Shown here: piece after piece, positions 32,119-42,149 of the stretch | How the letters are laid out: the number at the start of each line of letters is the position of its first letter | Position numbering within the stretch: the stretch's first letter is position 1 | Origin: Candidatus Bathyarchaeia archaeon | GTDB lineage: Archaea > Thermoproteota > Bathyarchaeia > 40CM-2-53-6 | NCBI GenBank assembly: GCA_049517415.1 | Contig: JBEKSC010000003.1 | Span: 89,733 to 153,732, forward strand | Length of the DNA stretch: 64,000 bases | Direction: 5' to 3' | Made by a program: the position numbers and the translations under genes | Notes under the pieces: generated by a model | Databases searched by the model: none | What the model saw: the letters and a program-made list of their open reading frames with translations, nothing else | What the model was told of the DNA's origin: nothing

Positions 32119-32621
32119 CAGTTATTGGCTCTCATCTATGTTTGTTACTTTTCGGTTGGCCCGTGTATAACATATGCTAGACATCAATTCTGCGTGTTCG
32201 TTTTGACTTCAATGGTGTTCTGAACGGGTCTTACTGGTTTACTATGTCTTGCCGCATGTCTTCTCATGTTCCGTCAGGCAGGCTTCGCACATGGTGTTTC
32301 CACAGTTCTTGCACATTTTGAGCGGGCCTTCTAGTGGTTGACCGCAGAAGCCGCAATAACTACCCGAGAACAAATCGTGACTCCTTTGAAAGTCAACGGG
32401 TGTGATTTAGGCCTAATAACCTGCCTTTTAATCGCGGCAAAAACAGCCGAGATCGATTTTCGTGTTCTAAACGCCTTGTCTGTTAGGAAATAGGCCGTTT
32501 GTTGCCTTCGCTTGGCACCGTTTGGCACCACCCCTTGATGGGTGGATCCACCCTAGCCTATGCCACTAGAACACGTCAGAATCATCTCCAAGAGCCTTGG
32601 GGAATTGATGGGTTGAGATGA

Positions 32622-32894
32622 TTAGGGTCTGGTTTTTCGGCTTACCCAAAGAATCGAGTCGTCCCGCGTATTGCGTATCTCTAAGATTCTGTGGAACGGG
32701 ATCAATGATTCTTCACCCGCAGGGTCTTCCTGTATTGTAAAATAGGATTTGCCAAGCGTTCGAATCCTGGATGCGTTGATCTGCTTCGCGTCGCCTGGCA
32801 CGCCCCGGTGGCGGTACGTGATCACGTAATCCTCAGGGTTCTCCTTTTCGTCCCAGCGAAGCCTGTTGAGAATATTCCTGAGAGGATGAACCAT
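32622..32894 (-). CDS. DUF504/MJ1316-like RNA-repair domain protein
   Basis: ILNRLRWD..., IPFHRI motif. Confidence 0.8.
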   Translation of the reverse strand: MVHPLRNILNRLRWDEKENPEDYVITYRHRGVPGDAKQINASRIRTLGKSYFTIQEDPAGEESLIPFHRILEIRNTRDDSILWVSRKTRP

Positions 32895-33016
32895 CTTCAG
32901 CCTGACCTATGTGGCTAGTTTAGGTGTTGGTGATGTGGATATTGGTCTCGAAATTGGTTGTTGTCAAGTCAGCTTAAAACCCTGACTAGCGCAGGGGGTG
33001 TTGAGTTTAGAGAGCG

Positions 33017-33433
33017 TTGGCTAGCCAGAAACTTCTTGACATGTTGAACAAAGCAATTGCTGGAGAGCTTCAAGCCATAATTCAGTACATGTGGCAACAT
33101 ATCCAGTGGAAAGGAATTGAGCACTACGCGGTCAGCAAAGGATTCGAGGAAACCGCGATCGAAGAAATGAAGCATGCCGAGAAGATTGCGGAGAGGCTCT
33201 GGTACTTGGGAGCTAAGCCAACAATACAGCCCGCCCCCATCTTCGTTGGAAACACCCTCGAAGAAATGATCCAATCCGATGTCAAAGCAGAGCTAGAAAC
33301 AATTGCCCTGTACAAGGAAATCATGGAACAGGCACAAAAGGAAGGCGACGCGGCCACAAAAGAGATCTTTGAAGAGATAGAAGAGGACGAAGAAGAACAC
33401 CACGACTTCTTCTCAAGCCTACTCGAAAAATAA
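33017..33433 (+). CDS. Ferritin-like (bacterioferritin-type) protein
   Basis: LNKAIAGELQAIIQY, EEMKHAE, DEEEH. Confidence 0.88.
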   Translation: MASQKLLDMLNKAIAGELQAIIQYMWQHIQWKGIEHYAVSKGFEETAIEEMKHAEKIAERLWYLGAKPTIQPAPIFVGNTLEEMIQSDVKAELETIALYKEIMEQAQKEGDAATKEIFEEIEEDEEEHHDFFSSLLEK

Positions 33434-33732
33434 ATGAACAAATACGTACCGCAAGCTTTTCTTCAAGAAGCCCCCTAGAAAGGCGATAGCTTTGTACCCT
33501 GAATCTTCCCGTCGCAATTGCCCCAAATGCGCCCGATGCGGCGGATGCACGCAATGGTCAAACGGTAGATGGTTCTGCCTCTTCTGTAGAATCTATTACT
33601 GAGCGTCGATTTGGTGCTTGTTTTCTGTTAGGGTGGGATGTGGTTTACGTTAACTTTGAGTGTGACTAGGTTTGAGAGTTGCAATACCTTATTAGTCCGC
33701 TCGCGTGGGGTTTTCCGAACTGGTGTTTCTGA

Positions 33733-34338
33733 TTGAGTGAATACTACCTTCCAGGCGCGACAACCGTCGGTATCGTCTGTAAAGACGGCGTGATATTAGC
33801 GGCCGAACGACGTGTCACATACGGATATTTCGTTATGAGCAAAAGCGGTAAGAAAGTCTTCAAGATCGCTGACAAGATTGGCGCAGCATGCGCCGGCATC
33901 GTTGCCGACATGCAAATTCTAACACGCGAGGTAGGCGCCTACCTAAACCTCTACACCTACGAACGCGAGCAAAGCGTCACGGTCCATACGGCTGCTAAGC
34001 TGATGGGCAGCATGCTCTTCGAGCGACGCTACTTCCCATACATAACGCAAACAATCGTTGGCGGAATCGACGAGGGCGGAGCCAGGTTGTTCGTTCTCGA
34101 CCCGTTGGGCTCAGTAATCGAGGACAAGTTTACAGCAGTAGGCTCAGGGTCGGAAATTGCCATGGGCCTTCTTGAAACCGAATTCAAGGAGGGCATGTCC
34201 ATTGAAGAAGGGAAGAGCCTCGCACGGAAGGCGGTGAAGGCTGCGTCTGCGCGCGACATAGGTAGCGGTGAAGGCCTCGACATGCTCGTGATAACCAACA
34301 CCGGTATCCGTGAAGAACAAGAACTACCCGCCAAGTAA
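33733..34338 (+). CDS. psmB: Proteasome beta subunit
   Basis: ATTVGIVCKDGVILAAERR, GSGS, ARD..SG. Confidence 0.92.
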   Translation: MSEYYLPGATTVGIVCKDGVILAAERRVTYGYFVMSKSGKKVFKIADKIGAACAGIVADMQILTREVGAYLNLYTYEREQSVTVHTAAKLMGSMLFERRYFPYITQTIVGGIDEGGARLFVLDPLGSVIEDKFTAVGSGSEIAMGLLETEFKEGMSIEEGKSLARKAVKAASARDIGSGEGLDMLVITNTGIREEQELPAK

Positions 34339-34391
34339 CCACCACGCATACCAAGTTCACGAAGCTTCTTTGCGGACGGCCAGCAAGCTTT

Positions 34392-35042
34392 ATGCTCTCG
34401 AAGAGCGACAGCGAAAAAATTCAGGCCGAGTTGCTTTCCTACGATAAGGCGAGAGAAAAACTTCAAACATTAACCCGAAACGCGACGAGGCTATGCAGTT
34501 GGGCGATAGTTCAAGTCCATCGCGGAAAGCTTGGTGAAGCCACCAAAACCCTCAACGAAGCAAAACGTTCACTCGACGAACTCCAAAACCTCCTCACAGC
34601 CCACACTGAGCTGCCGCAGTTCGGGCAAGTTCTCGTGGCCTTCCAAGAGTATGCGGAAGCGAAGCTTCTCTTTCATCTGAAAAAGAACGGCACAATAGCC
34701 TCCATGCGCGAAGTTGGGACTAGTAGCACAGCCTACCTTCTTGGCATGTTGGATTTCCTCGGCGAAATGCGGCGAATGATTCTCGACGCGCTCAGGCACG
34801 GGAACGTGGACGTAGCGCAGAACCTGCTCACTAAGATGGAGGGCTTGTACGAGGAGCTCATGTCCCTCGACCGAACATCTATCCTCCCGAACTTTCGAAG
34901 AAAACTCGACGCGGACCGGAGGATATTGGAGGCTACACGTGGCGATGTCGCGACTGATCTGCGGCGGGTCTCCTTGGAAAAAGCACTGCGCAGCGTAGAG
35001 CGCAAACTTGCTTCTGGTGGCAAGGCCGCCAAACGCGGTTGA
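34392..35042 (+). CDS. Translin family protein
   Basis: RE, QEYAEA, YLLG.LD..GE.RR, FRRKLD. Confidence 0.85.
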   Translation: MLSKSDSEKIQAELLSYDKAREKLQTLTRNATRLCSWAIVQVHRGKLGEATKTLNEAKRSLDELQNLLTAHTELPQFGQVLVAFQEYAEAKLLFHLKKNGTIASMREVGTSSTAYLLGMLDFLGEMRRMILDALRHGNVDVAQNLLTKMEGLYEELMSLDRTSILPNFRRKLDADRRILEATRGDVATDLRRVSLEKALRSVERKLASGGKAAKRG

Positions 35043-35703
35043 AATGCCAGTTCGCATTCCCAGCAGAATCTCTCCCCGCGCAGCCATCGCCCTTCAGAAG
35101 AAACTCGCGCCACTCGTCAGTCAAACCAGCGACCTCCCGAAGGAGGTTACTCGCTTGGTGGGTTGCGATGCCTACTTCAATAAAACGACCGTGTCGGCGG
35201 CTACCCTAGTTGACTACGATAGCCTAGAGCTTCTCGCAACCAAATTCCTCAAAGAACGGACTAGGTTCCCCTACATTCCAGGATTGCTTGCATTTAGGGA
35301 AGGGCCGGCTGTCCTGCGGACAATTCGCGCGTTGAGAGTTAAGTCGTACGTTTGTTTGGTTGACGCACATGGGCTAGCTCATCCCCGAAAGTTCGGTCTA
35401 GCCTGCCTGGTGGGCGTGGCTTTGAACCGGCCTACAATTGGTGTGGCGAAGAGCCTGCTTTATGGTTGGGTGCAGGGTAAGGAAGTGATAGATAGCGATG
35501 GTTATCCTATTGCTCAGCTTGTGCAATTACCCCATAGTGGGAAAACCATCTATGTTAGTGTTGGACACAAAGTATCCTTAAGGGATGCCGTGGAAATTGT
35601 TAAACACTGTCTCACACCTCGCGGCCCCGCACCCATCAACTTCGCCCACGATGAAGTGAGTAAGCAAAGATGGCTCCTCAAGAAATCAAACCCAGCCTCC
35701 TGA
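35043..35703 (+). CDS. nfi: Endonuclease V
   Basis: FPYIPGLLAFRE, VDAHGLAHPR.FGLA, IGVAKS, YVSVGH. Confidence 0.9.
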
Positions 35704-36374
35704 TCACGCTCTACAAACTAATTGAGGTGGGCGCTTACCCGGACGAAGTCATATTCACGACAACCGAGCTTGCAAAACTTCTTGGCGCATCCCAACAAAC
35801 GGCCTCCCGGCATTTGATTGAACTTGAAAAGATGGGTTTGATTCACCGCGTCCGACTCGGCAGGCGGGAATCAATCAAGATTACGGCTGGCGGCGTGAAA
35901 CATCTAGATAATATGTTCCTCACCCTAAAGCGGGCTTTCGAGATGAAGAAAACCGAAATCGTATTCGAAGGCGCCGTCTTTTCCGGTTTGGGCGAAGGGG
36001 CTTATTACATGAACCAGGAGGGTTATGTGAAACAGTTCATAGAGAAACTGGGCTTTGAACCCTACCCTGGAACACTGAATCTTCGAGTGCGGAAAGAGGA
36101 CCAAGAGGAAGTACGTATGCTTGAGGCTTCACCATTCGTACTCATCGAAGGTTTCACCGACGGGAAGAGAAGCTTCGGCCCAGCAAAGTGTTTCCACGGA
36201 AAAGTTGCCGACAAAATAGATTGCGCGCTAATCTCCCCCGTTAGAACCCATTATTCAGGCGATGTGGTTGAACTCATCGCACCCGAATACTTGCGAAAGG
36301 CATTGCACGCAAAAGACGGCGACCCAATCAAAGTCAGGGCGTTTACCTCAGTTCCGCAAACAGCTTCTACCTGA
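35670..36374 (+). CDS. ribK: CTP-dependent riboflavin kinase with N-terminal wHTH (RbkR-type)
   Basis: SQQTASR HTH; SGLGEG.YY, PYPGTLN, ELIAP.YLR. Confidence 0.9.
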   Translation: MAPQEIKPSLLITLYKLIEVGAYPDEVIFTTTELAKLLGASQQTASRHLIELEKMGLIHRVRLGRRESIKITAGGVKHLDNMFLTLKRAFEMKKTEIVFEGAVFSGLGEGAYYMNQEGYVKQFIEKLGFEPYPGTLNLRVRKEDQEEVRMLEASPFVLIEGFTDGKRSFGPAKCFHGKVADKIDCALISPVRTHYSGDVVELIAPEYLRKALHAKDGDPIKVRAFTSVPQTAST

Positions 36375-36524
36375 CTTCAACGTACTCTCATTGGAAACGA
36401 TGGAGCTCTTCGAGTCCGAATGTGCTGGCCAGCATACACATTCGATGAGTAAATGTCATCACCCGTACACCATGGGCGCTAAGATTGAACGTCAGCCCAG
36501 GTTCAATCGCAGCCGACTGGGCGG

Positions 36525-37154
36525 CTAACGGAGTTCTTCAGAGAGCTTCCGCCTTACCGATGAGGAACTCGCAAATTTCTCGTGGTCGAACTTTGAAAGT
36601 TTCACTATCTGAACTTTCAAGTTGCGCTTTTCAATGATCTCGCGCACCGTCTTCTCTAGGTTCTCTTGGTCATAGCCGAAGGCAACTATGTCTGGCATGA
36701 CCTCCGTCAAGACTTGCTCAAAACCGAACCCCACGTCCTCGTACCCTAAGATCGCCTTATCAACGGGCTTCAGGCCTTCGACCAGCGCCTGTCTATCCTT
36801 TTCCGGAAACAGGGGTTTTCGCCCCTTCAACATCTCAACCGTAATATCCGTCGCAACAACGGCAACCAACAGATCACCAAGAGACTTAGCTTCGTAAAGT
36901 GCCGCCAAATGGCCTAGGTGAAGCACATCGTAAACACCACCAGCCAGAACTACTTTGATTTGGCTGCGGCCCTTCTCTGTCAACGAGTAGCGGACTTCGC
37001 CACTGTCATGTTTCGCCAAATACCCTAGGTTGAGGAGATGTTGAAGCTCAGTTACCTCAGCCGATATTTCGAATTCTTCCTGGGTGAAGGGGCCATGCCT
37101 GAGCTGCAAGAGGTAGGCCGTTTTGATGTACTGCTTCAGGTTCTCTGAGTTCAT
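36525..37154 (-). CDS. ribL: FAD synthase (cytidylyltransferase fold) with N-terminal extension
   Basis: GGVYDVLHLGH, PD..AFGYDQ, SSS; convergent with ribK. Confidence 0.8.
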   Translation of the reverse strand: MNSENLKQYIKTAYLLQLRHGPFTQEEFEISAEVTELQHLLNLGYLAKHDSGEVRYSLTEKGRSQIKVVLAGGVYDVLHLGHLAALYEAKSLGDLLVAVVATDITVEMLKGRKPLFPEKDRQALVEGLKPVDKAILGYEDVGFGFEQVLTEVMPDIVAFGYDQENLEKTVREIIEKRNLKVQIVKLSKFDHEKFASSSSVRRKLSEELR

Positions 37155-37211
37155 TGTGTCCCAGCCGTCACGAGTATCTTCACGGTGGAAACAAACCCTT
37201 GACTAATGGGC

Positions 37212-37496
37212 TTATTGGGTTTCTGACTCAATGGTCTTGGTGAGGTTTAGGAATTTCAATGCGTCAAGTAGGCCTTCAGCGTATGCGATTGATGCTAGAG
37301 ATGTTGTGGGTTTACCGTTGTCGATATAGAATCGTGCGTCCTGCAAGTAGCGGTGTATGGCGTCTGAGACCTTCATAATGCCAGCTTCTCCGACCATCGT
37401 GCCTTCTTTCAGTGGGCTATGTTGCAGGAGAGCTTTCTCTAGGATTGTGATGTACCTGCTGGCGCGTTCCGCTGGGTCTTCGCTCATGTTGCTCAT
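37212..37496 (-). CDS. DUF357 protein
   Basis: YL.DA.FY, YAEGLLDAL motif; next to dph5. Confidence 0.8.
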   Translation of the reverse strand: MSNMSEDPAERASRYITILEKALLQHSPLKEGTMVGEAGIMKVSDAIHRYLQDARFYIDNGKPTTSLASIAYAEGLLDALKFLNLTKTIESETQ

Positions 37497-38296
37497 GCTT
37501 TTCCAGCCACCAGTTCTTTGCGTGCACCGCAGAATAGTTCGAGGGCTTCTGCTTCCACAAAATGGAGTTCACCTGGGAATATGACGGCGTACGGTGGATC
37601 CCCGAAGTCAATCTGGATTAGTTCTTCGACGGTGCCAGCTTTTACCTGCATGTCGGGCGCTTCGAGACGGGATACTCCCACAACCAACGTTTCGGGTACT
37701 ATTGCGGTTTCTGATTTTCCCTTTGAGACGGCCAAGAGTTGTTTCAGGCCTTCGGGGATGCTTATGTGGCGCTCGTTTTCAGCATCCACTTCCAAGAGCA
37801 CAAGCGAATGAAGCCCTGAAGATAAGTTGCGTTTGATGGCTAGGTAGACGCTTTCAGGAAATTCCCCCTGCCAAGAAGCAGGGATTGTTGCAGTTCTCCC
37901 AAACTTGTAAGATTGCAGCCCTGTCACACCTGCCGCCGCGGACCCAACCGACGCCGCGTGGATTATGCTGGTTCGAATCCCTGCCTTGTGTGCGCGTAAC
38001 CGGAGGTCAACATGTGTGGTCGCAATCATAGGATCCCCTGGAACCAGGAACCCAACCTTTTCCGCCTTAGCCTTGGACAGTATCACCTGCTCAGCCCTTT
38101 CTTCAACCTCAAGGCGCGAGAGTACCCGCACAGATTTGCCAACAATCTTCTTCAGGTTCTCTAGGTTTAGGCCGGGCATTACACTGGTGTAGAATTCCGC
38201 AAAGAGACGGGCGCACGATTTTGCTTCCGTTTGGCCTCGAAGTGACATGCCATGTTCGTCGTGCAGCCCTAAACCGATGAAGACTAGCTTCCCCAA
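37493..38296 (-). CDS. dph5: Diphthine synthase
   Basis: FIGLGL, EFYTS, GDP..ATTH.DL, GLQSYKFG, HF.EAE. Confidence 0.92.
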   Translation of the reverse strand: MGKLVFIGLGLHDEHGMSLRGQTEAKSCARLFAEFYTSVMPGLNLENLKKIVGKSVRVLSRLEVEERAEQVILSKAKAEKVGFLVPGDPMIATTHVDLRLRAHKAGIRTSIIHAASVGSAAAGVTGLQSYKFGRTATIPASWQGEFPESVYLAIKRNLSSGLHSLVLLEVDAENERHISIPEGLKQLLAVSKGKSETAIVPETLVVGVSRLEAPDMQVKAGTVEELIQIDFGDPPYAVIFPGELHFVEAEALELFCGARKELVAGKA

Positions 38297-38370
38297 CGTG
38301 AACCGCTCTGGGTTGGCCTTTGTGCGAACAAGGCTTTAATTTGTGAGGAAACTTTCAGAAGCTTCCGGGT

Positions 38371-38509
38371 GGGTCCGTAGCTCAGCCAGGTAGAGCGGCG
38401 GATTGGGCACGTGTTTGCCAAGGCCGAAGCTCTTAACAGCCCGAGGGAGACCCGAAGGTCGAGAACCACAACAGTGGCCGACAAGGTTCAAATCCCTCCG
38501 GACCCGCCA
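38371..38509 (+). tRNA. tRNA-Lys(CTT) with three introns (38402-38428, 38436-38449, 38464-38484) and encoded CCA
   Basis: Removing three BHB-like introns gives GGGTCCGTAGCTCAGCCAGGTAGAGCG GCGGG CTCTTAA CCCGA AGGTC GAGGG TTCAAAT CCCTC CGGACCC G CCA; acceptor, D, anticodon and T stems pair. Confidence 0.88.
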
Positions 38510-38598
38510 CATCAACGGTTCCAGACCACGGTCTGGCAAATATCGGAAAAATCGTTTCCAGATTAACGTCGATTATAGGTGCGTGCACCGTTTTTGCA

Positions 38599-38641
38599 GG
38601 TTCAAATCCGATTGCCCGCACCACCAGACCCACACACACAC
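38599..38641 (+). repeat. Site A: tRNA-3' mimic + 14-bp core (38617-38630, inverted relative to B-H) + (CA)n terminus
   Basis: GGTTCAAATCCGATTGCC|CGCACCACCAGACC|CACACACACAC; inverted counterpart of site H. Confidence 0.9.
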
Positions 38642-39299
38642 TTTCAAATGCCCGAACGACGACGGTTTAACCAAAGAATCAAAGCAAAATCAGGACTTCA
38701 GTTGGCCCCAAATTCCTTGGCTAAGAATTCGGTTCCACTGTAGTAGTCCGCATCCTTCATGTCTTTTCGGATCAAGTCAATGTAATCTCGGATCTCCTTG
38801 TTTTCATAAGATACAACGATATAGTAGCCAAACATGTCATCGACCATCTTCTTCTCAAGAAGACCCTTCTTGATATACAGATCTAAGAGCTCAATGATTC
38901 CAAGAAAATCATCGAGGTCCTCGTCATCAAATTTCCCTCCGTTCCCCTTCAGCACAGGTTGATGCTCTTCAATTGCCCTGATGATTTCTGAATTCCTTCT
39001 GCGAAAGAAGAAATCATTATGAAATCTTAGGATGAGATCCCCAAGCGTACTTTGAGCCGATTTTCGGATTTGCCAATAGATCAAGAGCGCCGTAACGAGG
39101 GTTCCGATAGCCGCTAGCAAAGTTGAGAAAGCAGTGACGTCGATGCCAGGCGAACCGCCTATCTCGAAGATCGCCAAATCTACAAACCCGGTCCGTTTTG
39201 ACTTCATCGCTGTAAAGGAGTCAACTAGCTCATTTGCCTTTGCCAGGCCTGACTCGATACTTCCCCTAACAGCAAACAGCTACCGTTTCAGTGTGTGTG
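38631..39299. mobile_element. Cassette I (669 bp), (CA)n...(TG)n ended, single gene
   Basis: Bounded by cores A and B. Confidence 0.65.
38698..39207 (-). CDS. TM-anchored helical protein, DUF4760-like
   Basis: N-terminal TM, L..E.L...IKKG...YI..IRK..YY..E.L pattern. Confidence 0.6.
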   Translation of the reverse strand: MKSKRTGFVDLAIFEIGGSPGIDVTAFSTLLAAIGTLVTALLIYWQIRKSAQSTLGDLILRFHNDFFFRRRNSEIIRAIEEHQPVLKGNGGKFDDEDLDDFLGIIELLDLYIKKGLLEKKMVDDMFGYYIVVSYENKEIRDYIDLIRKDMKDADYYSGTEFLAKEFGAN

Positions 39300-39320
39300 G
39301 GTCTAATGGTGCGCACACTC
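39291..39320 (+). repeat. Site B junction (core 39300-39313)
   Basis: GTGTGTGTG|GGTCTAATGGTGCG|CACACTC. Confidence 0.9.
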
Positions 39321-39382
39321 ATGAAAGATGTTGTGGTCTAGGCTGGTGATCCTTGGGGTTCTGTTGCCAGTGGATTGTTCTT

Positions 39383-39505
39383 TCACGCTGCGACTGAGTT
39401 AAGTTTTTGCTGGTAGCGTTTCTCGTTTCTGGACTCGTACGGTTCTCGTCTGGTCAGCATGAACCATGTTATCTTGAGCATCTTGTTCGCGACGGCTATG
39501 ATCTT
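39383..39505 (-). pseudogene. IS110-family transposase C-terminal remnant
   Basis: Translates KIIAVANKMLKITWFMLTRREPYESRNEKRYQQKLNSVAA*, like the IS110 'AVARKL...W.ML....Y' tail. Confidence 0.6.
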
Positions 39506-39514
39506 TCATAAAGT

Positions 39515-39545
39515 CACACACACCAGATCGACGACGGTTCAGATT
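39515..39545 (+). repeat. Site C: orphan element end lacking the core
   Basis: CACACACACCAGATCGACGACGGTTCAGATT vs reverse complement of D-left CACACACACCTAGACGTACGACGACGGTTCAAATT. Confidence 0.75.
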
Positions 39546-40489
39546 TGCTCAGGCAGCAGGCTCCAGAGCGCTGCGATTTCGGCGACGAACAAAACAATGA
39601 CGAGGGCCGTTCCATAGATGTTGACCATCTGGCGCGACTCTTTCTTGGGCAAAAGCCACCAACGGAAAGCTCGGATGAATACCGGCATCGTGCCCCAGGT
39701 GGTGACGGCCACGCTCAAAACAAGGCTCAAGAAACTAGCTGGAGAGGGATGGAGACTTTTAATCAACGGGGCTAGAAAACGAATTTCCAGCATGACGGTC
39801 GGAAACAATCCGAGCAACACGAGCATTGCTGATTTCCAGTTCGCTGGCGGTTCTCCTGTTTCGTCGGTGGGAAACCAGCCAGGGAACGAGCTTTTCATAG
39901 TTTTGAACTGAGTTGCAGTGACAAAATTTTGCGCCTGTAGCACAAGTTGTTTGCGTTCGTCCGAGGCAAACCATTTTTCCAGTGTTTGAGGCGTGTCAAA
40001 ACGGACGAGTGTAATCCACTTTGCGTGTGAGCCTGACGCCGGTGGCTGGAAGTAATTGCCACGATAGCCGGGAAATCTTGCCTGTGCGGTCTGGATGTTT
40101 TCTTCCCAGGCGAAGTACTGGTCCTCCATGCCGGGTTTGATATCGGTAACGATTGCAGTTCCTACGTTGCCGGAAGTCGGAGCGTCCCTAGTTATTTCGC
40201 TTAAAGGGCTGACTGTTTTGGTGTCGGAGACTTCTTTCAAAAGTTCGCGGTGTCTATCTGATTGTTTGAAGGCTTTTGCTTGATCGGTGTTGGTGAATCG
40301 TTGTACCAGAGTCCAATCTTTATTCTGGGTGCTCGGCGGTATAATTTCTCCACTCATGAACCCGGGAAATTTTGCGCCAGACATCAGCAGTTTTACGAGC
40401 CAAGTAGTCAGATGTGCTGTATCCGAATCGTCAGTCGTTTCCAACCTTGTTACTAGTGCAGCGACATCACTTGTGGCTGTTTCAGTCAT
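39539..40489 (-). CDS. Tandem ABM (antibiotic biosynthesis monooxygenase)-like domains + C-terminal TMs
   Basis: Two repeats with FPGF/FPGY..RF, W..S.ER; C-terminal PP.WK..L..FP TM region. Confidence 0.7.
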   Translation of the reverse strand: MTETATSDVAALVTRLETTDDSDTAHLTTWLVKLLMSGAKFPGFMSGEIIPPSTQNKDWTLVQRFTNTDQAKAFKQSDRHRELLKEVSDTKTVSPLSEITRDAPTSGNVGTAIVTDIKPGMEDQYFAWEENIQTAQARFPGYRGNYFQPPASGSHAKWITLVRFDTPQTLEKWFASDERKQLVLQAQNFVTATQFKTMKSSFPGWFPTDETGEPPANWKSAMLVLLGLFPTVMLEIRFLAPLIKSLHPSPASFLSLVLSVAVTTWGTMPVFIRAFRWWLLPKKESRQMVNIYGTALVIVLFVAEIAALWSLLPEQI

Positions 40490-40632
40490 TGGATCTCTCT
40501 TCTTTTGTCGGATTTCGGTGGATTAGGTCAAATCTCCAACTCTGCAGATGTTTTACAGTGATCGTTTTGTCCATGATTTCCACGGGTTTATAGGGGGTAG
40601 CGACTCTGCCGGCGCAGGTTCCTTCGCAGTCT

Positions 40633-42033
40633 TTACCACGATCGTTTGTACGCTTGTTTACCCATGATCCATGTTTCGTCGACGTTGCGGTCGTCCCCAA
40701 CTACCATGATTGAGAACAACAGATCCGTCGCCTCTTGCATTGTGGTCGGCCCTTTCTTGCCGACCAAGAGGGACCCGCGCCAGACCATGGCTCTTTGACC
40801 GCCTTCCCAATCGAGTGCAACAAAGTCTGCTTCTTTGCCCGGCTCGAAGTTTCCGATGCGGTCGTCTATATACAGACCGTGGGCACCCCCCAGGGTAACT
40901 GAATAGAATGCCCTGTAAGGCGATAGCTTGTTCCGCTCAGACTCCTCAGGGTCTTCCCAGCGCGGATCGACGCTGCCGTCGAGCAACGTATTGTTGACCA
41001 TGCCGACCTTGTACGCCTCGTCAAGCACGTTGATCATCGAGAAACGATTGCCGCCGCCCATATCGGTACCAAACGAAAGTCTAACGCGATGATCCGGATC
41101 AGTGGCGCGACCGAGTCTAAACAGACCGCTGCCCAAGAACAGATTCGAGAGTGGACAGAAGGTGATCGAAGCATCGGCTCTAGCAACGCGACGGAATTCG
41201 GCATCGGACAACCAAACGCCATGGCCGCCAGAGAATTTCTTGCCAACCAGACCATATTTTTCGTAGACGGAGAGATAATCCTGACATTGATGGAATTCTT
41301 TCACGCCTCGGATTTCCGACGGGTTCTCGGAAATATGAGTGTTTACCCAACAATCGGGATGCTCCTGCTTCAGGCGTTGACATGCTTTCATCAAATCTGG
41401 AGTGGCGCCGAGCGCGAACCTCGGCGTGATGGCATAAAGATTTCTTCCTTTGCGATGATATTTCTCAATCAAACGCTTGCTATCCTTGTAGAAGTTTTCG
41501 GCGCTGTCCATAGAGTCGGGAGGCGCAAAGCGGTCCATACCAGTCAATCCCCCGAGAACCAGCATGTTGCGCCGAGTTGCTTCTTCAAAGAACTCTTCGG
41601 TGGCAACCGCGGATATGGTCGTGAATGCCTGACAGGTTGTGGTTCCCGAAGCAATCAGATTCTCGAAGAATCCGCGGGTGCCTTCTTTAGCGTACTCGCG
41701 ATCTTTATACTTCTTTTCTTCCGGGAAGACCCATTTGTTGAGCCATGGCAAGAGTTGTTGTCCGAATGCACCCAGAACCCGCGTCTGTGGGACGTGTATG
41801 TGACCGTCGACAAAGCCGGGTAGTATCAAGCGTTCTTTCAGATGTGTGATGGAAACCCCCGGGTACTTTGGCGAAATTTGATCATATGGGCCGAAGGCCT
41901 TGATTTTGCCGTCCTCGATAACCAGAAGGCCGTCCGGATGGAACCTCGCCGACGTCTCTTCGTGCCCAACGTGTTTCCAAGGATCGTCTATGAAATCAAA
42001 AAACGCGCCTCTAATCGCAACAACATTTACCAT
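40633..42033 (-). CDS. guaD: Guanine deaminase
   Basis: PGFVDGHIH.PQ, LLPWL...FPEE, AITPRFA, THISE, FCP.SN.FLGSG, GTD.GGG, GDDR. Confidence 0.9.
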   Translation of the reverse strand: MVNVVAIRGAFFDFIDDPWKHVGHEETSARFHPDGLLVIEDGKIKAFGPYDQISPKYPGVSITHLKERLILPGFVDGHIHVPQTRVLGAFGQQLLPWLNKWVFPEEKKYKDREYAKEGTRGFFENLIASGTTTCQAFTTISAVATEEFFEEATRRNMLVLGGLTGMDRFAPPDSMDSAENFYKDSKRLIEKYHRKGRNLYAITPRFALGATPDLMKACQRLKQEHPDCWVNTHISENPSEIRGVKEFHQCQDYLSVYEKYGLVGKKFSGGHGVWLSDAEFRRVARADASITFCPLSNLFLGSGLFRLGRATDPDHRVRLSFGTDMGGGNRFSMINVLDEAYKVGMVNNTLLDGSVDPRWEDPEESERNKLSPYRAFYSVTLGGAHGLYIDDRIGNFEPGKEADFVALDWEGGQRAMVWRGSLLVGKKGPTTMQEATDLLFSIMVVGDDRNVDETWIMGKQAYKRSW

Positions 42034-42149
42034 ACAACAAGTTCTCCTAACTCTGATTAGAGCATTTACAGATATCTACGCGTATTTATCATATATCCCC
42101 GAGGATGTTACTAATCGACGTTAACAACCATAAACAGATCTTGGTGTAA

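Noticed and set aside
38599..38623. Additional tRNA genes at 38599 and 62045-62069
   Set aside because: Only T-loop-to-CCA segments are present; no matching 5' acceptor strand, D arm or anticodon arm upstream.
38284..38873. Short ORFs overlapping the tRNA and site A
   Set aside because: Shadow ORFs over the tRNA and repeats, as are most antisense ORFs in the track.
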